Positions 1-9,898 of a stretch of DNA of 64,000 nucleotides are shown here, piece by piece. Numbering within the stretch: position 1 is the first letter of the stretch; each line of letters opens with the position of its first letter. The notes beneath the pieces are model-generated. The model worked only from the letters and a program-made list of their open reading frames with translations. It did no database searches and was not told the origin of the DNA. The position numbers were made by a program, and so were the translations under genes. This DNA comes from Yuukianura sp. NJ FZ-2021 (Eukaryota): positions 3,844,001 to 3,908,000 of the forward strand of contig CM102283.1 of NCBI GenBank assembly GCA_046563655.1, given 5' to 3'.

Positions 1-325
1 TATAATAAAATTGTTATGATAACCTAGATTATTTTTGCATATTAAGTTTTGATGGGGTCTATGCTTACATTTGTATTTACATTAACGGGTAAGAGGCAGC
101 GTTTGTTTACGATTTGGTGTCAGCCATTGTCATTAGCAACAAAGCAAAATCACTGCTCAAACTTGCAAAAGTCGGCACTGTTTCCAATGATTGACAAACC
201 AAAGTTTTTCGCAGGATAGGAATTCAAACAACCTTGTGCCCATGGAGACGGTTGATTTCGGTGCCGATATTTGCAAATTATTGAATAATGTCAGAATTAC
301 ATCTGTTTTGTCTTATAACTTTTTT

Positions 326-624
326 ATTATAAGACCTAAAAATGCGTTTGAGGTGTCTAAAAATCCGGACCATGGCGCATAATAGTTAGGGGCCAATTTC
401 CAAATTTTTTGTGTCATACAATACTTATACAAAATTGAACCTTTGTATCGGATTTTTAGTATCATTCAGCTGCTAAAAGTCAAATTCTGAGCCCTAATAA
501 TTATTCTGCGAATATCAAGGAATTTTTAGAGCTATTGTACAAATTTCTAGGTCATTCCTGTGACGACTTATTAAGCCTGAAAGTTAATTAATTTGAGGCA
601 AAACGAGACCCACCGTTGCCATGT
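326..624 (+). repeat. Dispersed direct repeat, copy 1 (copy 2 at ~14379-14673)
   Basis: Both copies begin TTATAAGACCTAAAAAT..TTGAGGTGTCTAAAAATCCGGA and end AAAGTTAATTAATTTGAGGCAAA(A)CGAGACCCACCGTTGCCATGT. The interior is alignable but diverged. Confidence 0.85.
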
Positions 625-2831
625 CTTATTCCTTCTTAATGTAAATTTCGGCATTGTCGAACAACTACTTATTTACCGAAACTTGGTTTGCAACAAAATT
701 CCGTACTTTCAGTCCATCACCTCAGAAATTTCGTCGCACTCATCTAACACAACATCTACCAGATCCGGTACATACGTCGCTAATAACAGGAAATACCACC
801 ATAAATCGTTAGGTTAGGAAATACCTAACCTAAGCGTCTCATCAACTTATCACCCGAGGAATATCGTTCACTACTAACCAGTCATGAAATTGAGCCTTCC
901 AAGGTCAATGCTCCAGCATTGCATCCCAACAACACACAGGAAACTCACTCAGTTTTAACTTTGGATTATGGCTATGGTTCTAACAGTCGAATGAACACCC
1001 TCCGAACATGGAAGTTATAGGTTGTGGTTGATTGAATTATGAATCGTAAGTCGTAAGTGAACAAATGCTTGAACTTAGGAACGGAGACGGAAATCCACTC
1101 TGTCCTCAAGGAAATGTTTTCAAAACAAACCTATGTATCAAAGGCAATTGACTGCGTCAAGCTGGAGTCGGCAACCATGATATATCTGGAATTTGAAAAC
1201 AAGAGCACAGTAGAAGCGGCTATTTCTATGGTCACCAATGGTCTGGAAAAGGAAGTGGAAAGAGATATCAAAGTTCTTTCAACAAATGTGTTGCTTGAAA
1301 GACTTGGTTAGTGTTGGCAGAAGATATCACTATTAACCATACAATGTAAAATTATGTAGATATTGAATGATTTTTTGCTGTTTTTTTGTATTGCGGCAGT
1401 TGGAGGATCAAAGAAGCAGTGCTAGGCCCGAATACCGGATTCAGTCAGCAATGTGAGAATCCCAGAAGGTGCTAGGGTTACTCGTCTGCTACTATTTTCG
1501 GCAGATGTGAACTTTCTAGTTTATGACGAATTGGAGTAAGTTTTATGTACATATTATGTATGTATTTGTCTACTATTTCCATTTTTCTAATAGTCAACCC
1601 TGCTAACCACCCTTACTATGTAAAACAATAATAAAATTATTATTGTATTTATTTTCAGAGAAATCGAAGGTCTCGTGGGCATTTTCTGTGACAGCAATCA
1701 CTTTAATAAAGTAGAGTCCGTAGTTACCTTGATTGGATCCGAAGACGCTATAGCAACCGCGTGTAAGGAGATATTAAATGTTCTGCAGCTCAACTATTTG
1801 CGCATCATCGTGAAGACTGAAAACATGAAGCAAATCATCGGACCGATCGGTTCAAAGGTAAAGAGCATTCAATGGCAGACGAAAACTGCAATAACATCCC
1901 AGCTTCATGAAATTGGCAGCGTAAACGCTGTATCAACAAACTCGCTGGTTACTATTAAATCAAGCAGTCAATCGATTGAGGAAGGTGCCAAAAATGTTGC
2001 GGCAGCAGTGAAGGAAATCTCAAAATGCCTAAGAGGACTACCTGAACCTACAACAGATGGCCAATAGAAAAGAGAACTGTACAAAACGGCGGCAGAGTAT
2101 GCCGAAATCTGGACCAAGATTGTCAACGCTGAGCAAATCGCCGACGAACATTATAACGCAAAATCTAAGTTCAAAGATGTACCAATTTCTTGGACACAAG
2201 TTAATAATGATTAGATTGGTTTGTTCGAACAGCCGGAACTACCAGATGAAAGCATTGTCACGGCCAATAGAATTCGAGGTGGGGAGACTTTTGAGTTAAC
2301 GTTTCAGTCGGAAGCTAAGGCTGTTCGGGGTTACGGAATGATAACAAAAGTACCGGATTTCGGTGACGCTAACTTCTGGATCAAGATCAAAGGGAATCAG
2401 TCGTTGCAGTTGATTGCAGCGATTCGCGGGATACAAGAATTAATTTGGAAAAAGAAGTCAGCAGTAACACATTCCCCCGCACATGCGAACAGCTTTGGAT
2501 AGTTTCAGTAAAGGAACCCTGTCAACTCCTATTTATAACGTCTTAATTGGCACCACGAAGCTCCTACGTGACAAGTACGACAATCCATACGCTAAAAACG
2601 CACAGTTAAATATGTCACAGGTAAGCTAATTTATTTTCTGCGTATACCTTTTTTTCTTTTTGATGTAATGGCGTGCTTCTTGTCGAACATCAAGGTTTTA
2701 TTAAAAATTTTTAAATCTTTTAATTGCAGAGAACAGCCGTACAGCATTCGTTGGACCATAATTGTACTTTAGTGACGGGCCCACCAGGTATATATTCGTT
2801 ATACCAAACAACCAATCCGTTAGTCGTTATT

Positions 2832-2989
2832 CAGTGGTGGTGGATATCCACTTTTTGTATTTCATCCACTTTTTCCGGATGAAATGGCTGTATAAATTGG
2901 ATATATCCAATTAAAACGGGATACTTCCACTTCCACCAATTTCAAGTGAAGTAAGGTGGAAGAAGCGTTTTATCCATCCACCAACACTG
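2832..2989. mobile_element. Small MITE-like foldback with CAGTG termini in a helicase intron
   Basis: Left end CAGTGGTGGTGGAT; the reverse complement of the right end is CAGTGTTGGTGGAT. Internal TATCCA repeats. The TSD is degenerate. Confidence 0.6.
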
Positions 2990-3355
2990 GTCTTACTATT
3001 TTTTTTAAAAAGGAAGGAAACCATTTTTACTCAACTTTTAATTGGATCATAGGAACTGGAAAAACGACGGTATGTGTGGAAATGTGCGTGGCAGCATTGG
3101 CTCGTCGGCAGAAAGGTGGTCGTCCTTTCCTAATATGTGCCCCATCGAACAAAGCAATTGAGCAACTCATTGAATCAATTGTACAACGGAAACCATCAAT
3201 TAATTTGGTTCACATATGTTCCGAGAGTAGAATGAACATGGGGGACTTGGTACATCCAGAACTCACGATTACCTCAAAGGTTGACGCAGCTCTGAACTTG
3301 TTGCCGGAACACGAGAGAAAGGGAAGGGAAAATGAGAAAAGGAAAGAATTACTTA

Positions 3356-4335
3356 CGAGGGATGCTTTTTCGCGTAATCTCGAAATTTGGAATTTGAAAA
3401 TTACTGTCATATTCTACATGTGAATAGAAGATTTTCTGCAGTAGTTTCGGTTGCGAATGCCAAAAAAAAATATACCCCGACCTGGACTCGAACCCGTGTC
3501 CCAGCTCCAAAATAATGAGAAAGAATATTTTTATAGGAATATTTTTATATACTTTTTGAGGCCTGAAAAAAAATCTGTATTTTGTTGCTGAGACGATCTA
3601 TATTTTCCCCAAGGTTGCTATAGCAACCTTCTCTGCATCAGGTTGTTCAGTAACTCCCTATTTTCGAAAAGCTAAAACTATTTTATCCAATTTGCCCACC
3701 AATTTTGTTTATCTTTTTTCCGCCATTTTTTTTACAATTATTTCTGGCTGCGACTAAAACGAAAAGATTAATTTAAATTGTTAAATTGCTATGGAGAACA
3801 ATTTCGAAGTGAGTCGTTTTCAGTTTTGAAAATTTTCGCTGTGAACGTAGAAACTGGAGTTAACAAATAACCTGATATAGCAAAACAATTTGCTTGTTTA
3901 CTAACCTTGATTTTCCCGAAAAACCGATGCAACGCATGCATAATACGTTGTTATGAAAAAAAAACGGTTTTTTATTTTCTCCAGCGGTTTTTTAAAAATA
4001 ACAACAGACGACTATAGTCGTCAAGCGGCCCCTGAGGTCGAAAAAAATAAACGACTTTAGTTGTATTTAGCCCTCAAAATGTTAATTCATCATAACAAAA
4101 AGCCGACAGTATGTCACATAATATTCGAAATACGTTTTGTGTTGAAGAATTCGATATGAAAAATATTTTTTTTCATTATTTTGGAGCTGGGACGCGGGTT
4201 CGAGTCCAGGTCGGGGTATATTTTTTTTTGGCATTCGCAACCGAAACTACTGCAGAAAATCTTCTATTCACATGTAGAATATGACAGTAATTTTCAAATT
4301 CCAAATTTCGAGATTACGCGAACAAGCATCCCTCG
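3356..4335. mobile_element. 980-bp non-autonomous DNA transposon with ~175-bp TIRs and TTA target-site duplication
   Basis: 3356-~3532 and ~4159-4335 are near-perfect inverted repeats starting CGAGGGATGCTT. TTA lies at 3353-3355 and 4336-4338. Removing the element plus one TTA restores the helicase frame (RKELL-SQLLDEADIV). Confidence 0.95.
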
Positions 4336-5817
4336 TTAGTCAATTATTGGATGAAGCCGATATCGTCGCTGGAACTTGCGCTGCGTCGGGACGTCTTAGA
4401 GGTCACTTTCCATGGGTCTTAGTCGATGAGGCAGGAATGGCTACAGAGCCAGAAACAATTATTCCCATCATGAAGGGATGTCGTAAATTAATCTTAGCCG
4501 GCGACGAAAGCCAGTTGGAGCCAATCTGCGTAGGGAAGTCTTCTAGTGCGTGCGGTACACACTAATACAAGAGGTCCCTTTTTGAGAGACTACTGAATTT
4601 GGGAAACAAGACGATTCTTCTTAATCTACAATACAGAATGAGTCCTGAAATTTCTAAATTCCCTTTGAAAGTGTTCTATAATGAAAACGTGCAAGATGGT
4701 GTAACAGCTGCTGATAGAGCTCTACCGCCCCTAATTAAATGGCCACTTGGTAATAAAGTCAATGGCTTTATTGACGTTCCGGGTCGAGAAAAAACAGTGT
4801 TCAAATCATTCTGTAACCCACACGAGGCCAAAATCGCCGTAGAAATCACACAAAAACTTCTGGGGAGGTGGTCAGTTGCTTTGATACTGCAGGGGTCATC
4901 CCTGTCCACTGTGTCCAGACCACCCTCTATAGGCTTCCTTCAAGTCTCTACCTCAAAAACCACAAATCCTTCACTTTTAACTCTTCTCCCATTTTCTAAG
5001 TTTCAGTCGTCGAAGCTGTTCCGGTTTAAATTGTCGTTTTTCCGTTTTTAAATTCCGGTTTAAATTGCCGTTTTTAAGTGTCGTTTATTGAGTGATTTCA
5101 AAGGTTGTGAGAAAACTTAGCCGTCTAAGATCCCAGACGCTTTCGAAACTGTTTTTTTGCCTTCAATTCGCTATTCCATTTCAGTTTGCAGTTCTCTCGG
5201 TGACTCCATTTCTCCCAACAGCATGGCTGAATCAGCCACAGTCGGAATTGGGTGAGTAACTATTCTTTTATTGGTAACTTCCCAGCCCCCCGCAATCAGC
5301 ACCCTTAAGCTAACCTTAGGCAGAGAGTTCGGATGTCAAATGTCACTTTTGCCATTTTGTTTAATTTAAACGCCGCTACTAGAAAAAGCTTGCACAACGT
5401 TGGACAATGTTTTGGGTTAAGGCTTTTTATTAATTCACTGAATTTACCACAGGAAAATGTTTAGGTGACGTTTAGCTTTCATTCCACTTTTAACTCTGTT
5501 TTGATTAGTTTGAAAACCGCTATTCAGAAAACATTCGTTAAAACACAGTTATATTCATCCGAGGAAATGGAAAATTTTTGAGTGGCCTTTAACTTCGGTT
5601 TCACTTTTCGTTTGAGTTGGCGTTTTACTTTTCATTCAAAAGTGAAAAACAAAGAGATACTTAGATTAGGTTAGATTGGGCAATAACTCGAGCTTCAAGT
5701 TTTTTACGAAAAATTGTGTAAAACGAGACCCCCCGTTGCCATCTGATGCGTCTGATGCGTTGTTAAAAACATTTGGCATAACCAGTTACTGAGTTACCAT
5801 AAATTTCTATATTTCAG

Positions 5818-6126
5818 CATGAGAAATATGCGGAGCTGGAAGATCAATCAGAAATCATGAGAGGGGAACTCCTTATGGTGTCCCAAGAGAAAGTATCGGT
5901 TCAATCCAAACTAGCGTTTGTAAAACAGCAACATGAAGAAGAAACTGAAGGAATGAAGGCAGAGATCAAAGAACTGCAATCAGAAAATATATACGAGGCC
6001 TACGAATTTGGATTTCAAAGGCAACAGATGTGCTTTAATTGCGGTCCGCAATTAAATGAATTAGTTGACCCGAAAAAAGGACTTCTCCACGCGAAAACAA
6101 CTGTCACGAGGACCAGGTCAGGTTAG
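5818..6126 (+). other. Orphan exon-like fragment: coiled coil followed by CxxC
   Basis: TTTCAG acceptor at 5812-5817, then an open frame rich in E/K/Q ending QQMCFNCG. No in-frame partner exons found. Confidence 0.35.
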
Positions 6127-6225
6127 TTAAGTTAGAGGTGGGAGAGTTAATCCCTGAAATTAAATTGGTGTTACGGAGAGTACGAAATAAGACCCACAGT
6201 GCACTGTTAGGCATAACCCTAACCC

Positions 6226-7229
6226 TGCACTGTTCCTTGGGGTAACTTATCTGTCACTCATCATTAATTCAGTTTGTAAAAGTTGGAAATTGACTCAGTT
6301 GTGTGATTCTCATAGGTCGACGTGGATCGATGGACTGAAACAGGAGCAAGGCAAAGAGTGCCGAAGTTTGATTTGTACCAAAACAAAGCGAAGATAGAGA
6401 GCATACGAGTAATTCCTTTCAAACTTATTATCTTTCCTATGTTATTTCGCTAATTCTTGTTTCATTGTTTCGTGTAGGGTGCTGATCCGATCGGTTTAGA
6501 AGCGATGGTAAAGACGCATTATGTTGGCAATGAAGGAAGTGGCCTGTCTGACCTCAACTCTTACATTGATGTCAAAAATTGCGAATGTCTTAACGACTCT
6601 GATGCCACTCCATTCCGAAGCTTTTTAAAGAAACAAAAGAGACTCAGCTCAGATTGTGATGAGCGCCTCATGCTGATGTACGCGTTTACGAAGAACGTTA
6701 AGGTAATTCATGCTTTGCTAATTAAATATTTGAATACTTTACTCATCTGCATAATTTTGTTTCTGAAACAGTTGCACTCTCTGAGAATCAAGGCAGACAG
6801 CGAGACTGGACCGAAGCAAATTAAACTGTTTATCAATCATCCAAACACATTGGACTTTGACATTGCTGCTGGAATGATTCCAACCCAAGAGTTAACGTAA
6901 GGAAATAAAAGGAATATACTAATCTGGTGCTGAATGTCATGAAGCTATTCAGAAGCATCGTGTTCGTGACTGCGGCCTTGACCTTGACCTAAACCTATTC
7001 TGACTCGAGACATTCCGTGTCCCTTGTCATGCACTAAACCGCTAAACGAACTTCACCAAATCTCTAAATCTGTTCTCAACTGATTCAATTGATTACTGAG
7101 AAAGCTCTTTCATACAATCAATCCTAAAACATAAAAAAACTTTCATTTTGGTAAAGTAGTGACTAATTCTTTTTGTTTTGCTTTCTTGTTTAGCCTGGCT
7201 CAAGAGGATCTGACCGGTGAGAAGCCAGT
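6226..7229 (+). pseudogene. TXNL1: Partial inverted duplicate of TXNL1 (thioredoxin C-terminal half + PITH), introns retained
   Basis: Exons ALFLG|VDVDRWTE..|GADPIGLEAMVKTHY..|LHSLRIKADSETGPKQIKLFINHP..|LAQEDLTGEKPV are colinear with 28223-29548(-) and share its intron positions. The WCGPC-coding part and the C-terminus are missing. Confidence 0.9.
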
Positions 7230-7394
7230 TGTGACGGGACAGAGAACCTGCAGTACAGGGAAAGACAGTAAGCTATGCCAAAGGGGTCTTGGTAGCTCAG
7301 TGGACAGAGCAAGCTGCCCGGAATGGAGATAGGCGTGGGTTCGATTGCCACCCAGACTCATATTTTTGACATAGCGTTGGGCTATACTGTCACA
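7230..7394 (+). mobile_element. Solo-LTR-like 165-bp element containing a tRNA-like sequence
   Basis: TGTGAC...GTCACA inverted termini, starting exactly where TXNL1 homology ends. Internal tRNA-like segment at 7284-7360. The flanks CCAGT/CCATA match only partly. Confidence 0.6.
7284..7360 (+). pseudogene. tRNA-derived sequence (A box, B box, degenerate anticodon arm)
   Basis: A box TAGCTCAGTGG at 7293-7303, D stem GCTC/GAGC, B-box-like GGTTCGATTGC at 7338-7348, acceptor-like pairing GGGTCT/AGACTC, followed by a T5 run. Confidence 0.75.
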
Positions 7395-9092
7395 CCATAC
7401 ACCGGCCAACTTTGAGACAAGTACAATGCGTAGACATTTACGCACAGTGCACAACATTTTCTTAGATGCCCATGGAAACAGCGTTCGGATCCCGGTAGCA
7501 GCGTAAGTTTGAATTTTTTTTAATCATAAAAATTGCTTCTTCTTTTTGTTTTTAACGAATATAAGCCTTAAGTTAAGTAACTCGTATAACTAAATGGTAA
7601 CATCCGCGGTATCGACACGCTGGAGAGAGGAGTTTGACCTGATGTGGTCTGCGACGATGGTCGTTTGAGGAACCACTTTGGAAGTGGAGAGAAATGAAAT
7701 GGTGATGAGACAGGAACTTCTCGTCATCCCGATATGAATTCACCCATGACAGGTTGTCTGGGCATGATGACATTTAAGAATTGATTTCTTAAAACGAAAA
7801 TAATGTTGACCGGAGGTGTCGAGGAGTGAGAGGCAGAACATGGAGTCCGAGATGAATGATGGTAAGTTCAGTCGCACTGGATGTGACGACTGGTCTGGTC
7901 ACATGGGTGACATGATGTAAAGTTACCTGATTAGTGGTGCAGTGTGGAGATGAAGAGTGGTTTGGAGAGACGATCGATTTCCCAGTGATGGACGACGAGG
8001 TCAAGCGTCAGATCGGCTGTTCCAAAGTCCAGTTTCGGGCCATGATGGTCATGATGAACTGGAAACTTTGTCACTGATGGATAGAAGTTCAGTTCTGGAA
8101 CACCCTGGAGCAGTCCCTTCTGTAAGGCCTCGCAGCCAGGTCAGGAGTTAGTGTCATCTCCGAAATTTAGTATTGAATAAAGAAAAGGTCAACACCTTAT
8201 TTCATTGCAAACTTGCAATTCCGAGTTCAAAAACCTTTTTAATTAGAAAATCCTAAGAATCTTACTCTAATTGACTTGGACACCATTGGACCCCTTGTCC
8301 ATCCCTGGTGTATTTATAATTCTGTTCAGTAGTAGATTGGCGTTAGAACTATTGTGATTCTCCTTTCGGACGTAAATCGTATCCTGGCAGTCAAAAAGTT
8401 AGGATAACTTTGTACAAGAAATTTTAAAGCAAATCTGTTCCAGCACTTGGAAGAGTTTATACAAATAGCATTCGGACAAAATGGCCGCACAATACGAAGC
8501 CATTCAGCGAAATTTAGCAGAGTTAATGGCAAACCTTACATTTAAAGGCGGCATGCTGCCATTTGCATGTGTAAATTTTCCCGTGAAAGCAAGACCTTTT
8601 TCATTAGAAAATCCTTGTGTTGCTTGCTAAGTCATATTTTGGCAAAAATGCTAGGGGATTTTTGAGAGTTATATTTTAGTGGGTCTTATAAGCGATTGCG
8701 TCATAACGCTGAGTAAATATGGCATATGGACACATTTGCATTCAGAGAGTTGTCAAGGCAATTTTTTACGTTTTAATCTAGACTAGAGGGGAAATAAGGC
8801 TGATTTCAACAAAATTTTTGTAACCATTTTCAAAGGGACGAAAGCGGTTTTTTTTCGCAGTGTAAAGTCGAGTTCACATCAACCGCTAATGTGAGTTTAA
8901 ACAAACATTTAACTTTTTTTGCGTTCGGTGTGAAACTGGCTTAAGCGACATTTTTTCCCTTGGTTACGTGATAATTTTTGGTTTCAAAACAAACAGGCAA
9001 TTTCCCTTCTAGTCTAAAAAAATTAAAATTCTTTGTTTGCATTGGATTTGAGAAGAAAGGGGGAGCTGAGAAAACCGCTCTTACCAAATATA

Positions 9093-9314
9093 CCGTGTGC
9101 GCCAGCGAAAAGAGTACACCCCAATTTTGTTTCCATAGAGACGAGTTGAAACTTATGTAAACATGCGGGGAATGTTACCTCAAAACTTCAAACTTTAGCT
9201 ACCCGCTACGTTGGAATTTTGCAAGTTGCATTATTCCGCTGGTTTTCCCTCCATACTCTCGGAATTAAACAAATTACTGATTTTTGGTTGTACTCTTTTC
9301 GCTGGCGCACACGG
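9093..9314. mobile_element. Tc1/mariner-type MITE, 222 bp
   Basis: Perfect 26-bp TIRs CCGTGTGCGCCAGCGAAAAGAGTACA with TA on both sides (9091-9092, 9315-9316). Confidence 0.9.
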
Positions 9315-9898
9315 TATATCTCAAACAACATATTTACCACTACCAGGGCTTGGTAAAACTTCACTAAGTTATGTATCAAGGTTGTTTGAATTGAAATTTT
9401 CTTTGTTTCTCTTAACAGGTTATACCATACTTCCTTCTTCTTTTTCAAATTTTAAAATTTTTTAAACCGCACATCTGACACGGCTTCGTTGCGTTAGCAA
9501 TTCGGAATCAACACTATGATTCAGCAACGCGAAACTTAAAAAATTTCAAAAGAAGGTCGTGAAAATCAACAACATTGGGACAAAAGTTGATGTTTCGTTG
9601 TTTCGGAGTTACGGTATAACCTGTTAGTTCATTTGTATAAATGGGCGCTATAGCAACCTTGGTTATGTATCGTCGTGCAACTTGCAACTCCGATTTCAAT
9701 CAATTTCTTTTGTAGGTCAACAAAACAAATCCGTTTTGTTGTAACCCTAACCCTTTGAATCTTAATTCTAACCTATACGAATCTTAAAGTAACTTATGTT
9801 AAACTAATAGTCTTGTTTTAGACAAGTTGCTGAACCTGATTTCTTCAATCTTAGCTTAATGAAACAACTTAGCTTTTGCTGAGAATGTTCGGTTTTGT

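Larger units (their letters stand above)
1057..4868 (+). pseudogene. KH-domain + UPF1/DNA2-NAM7-like superfamily 1 helicase, disrupted
   Basis: KH GxxG motif (KQIIGPIGSKVKSIQ). UPF1-like LNMSQ|RTAV, Walker A GPP|GTGKTT split by intron 2788-3052, CAPSNKA, VLVDEAGMATEPE, LAGDESQLEP, SLFERL, LQYRMSPEISKFP. In-frame stops at 2065, 2212 and 4563, a stop/frameshift near 2500, a MITE insertion, and loss of similarity before motifs V/VI. The start is approximate. Confidence 0.85.

Noticed and set aside
2065..4565. Stop-codon reassignment or readthrough explaining the in-frame TAG/TAA in the helicase
   Set aside because: Other genes here end normally at TAA, TAG and TGA, and eRF1 has canonical GTS/NIKS/YxCxxxF motifs. 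The helicase also has a frameshift, a MITE insertion and a truncation.
6200..6234. Telomere-like TAACCCTAACCC between 9-bp direct repeats (TGCACTGTT)
   Set aside because: Only two units; too short to distinguish from a repair or slippage footprint.
5223..6408. Chimeric CDS joining the 5223 mini-exon, the coiled-coil exon and the TXNL1 copy
   Set aside because: The available donor and acceptor phases do not keep the frame.
7284..7360. Functional tRNA gene
   Set aside because: The anticodon arm does not pair well, the T stem has a mismatch, and it lies inside a TE-like unit.
7573..8151. Short His/Ser/Thr-rich ORFs
   Set aside because: No recognisable motif or consistent frame; likely UTR or repeat sequence.
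4890..8308. Pack-type hAT element (CAGGG...CCCTG) capturing the TXNL1 fragment
   Set aside because: The ends match only patchily (CAGGG and GTCCA..TGTCC) and there is no 8-bp TSD.
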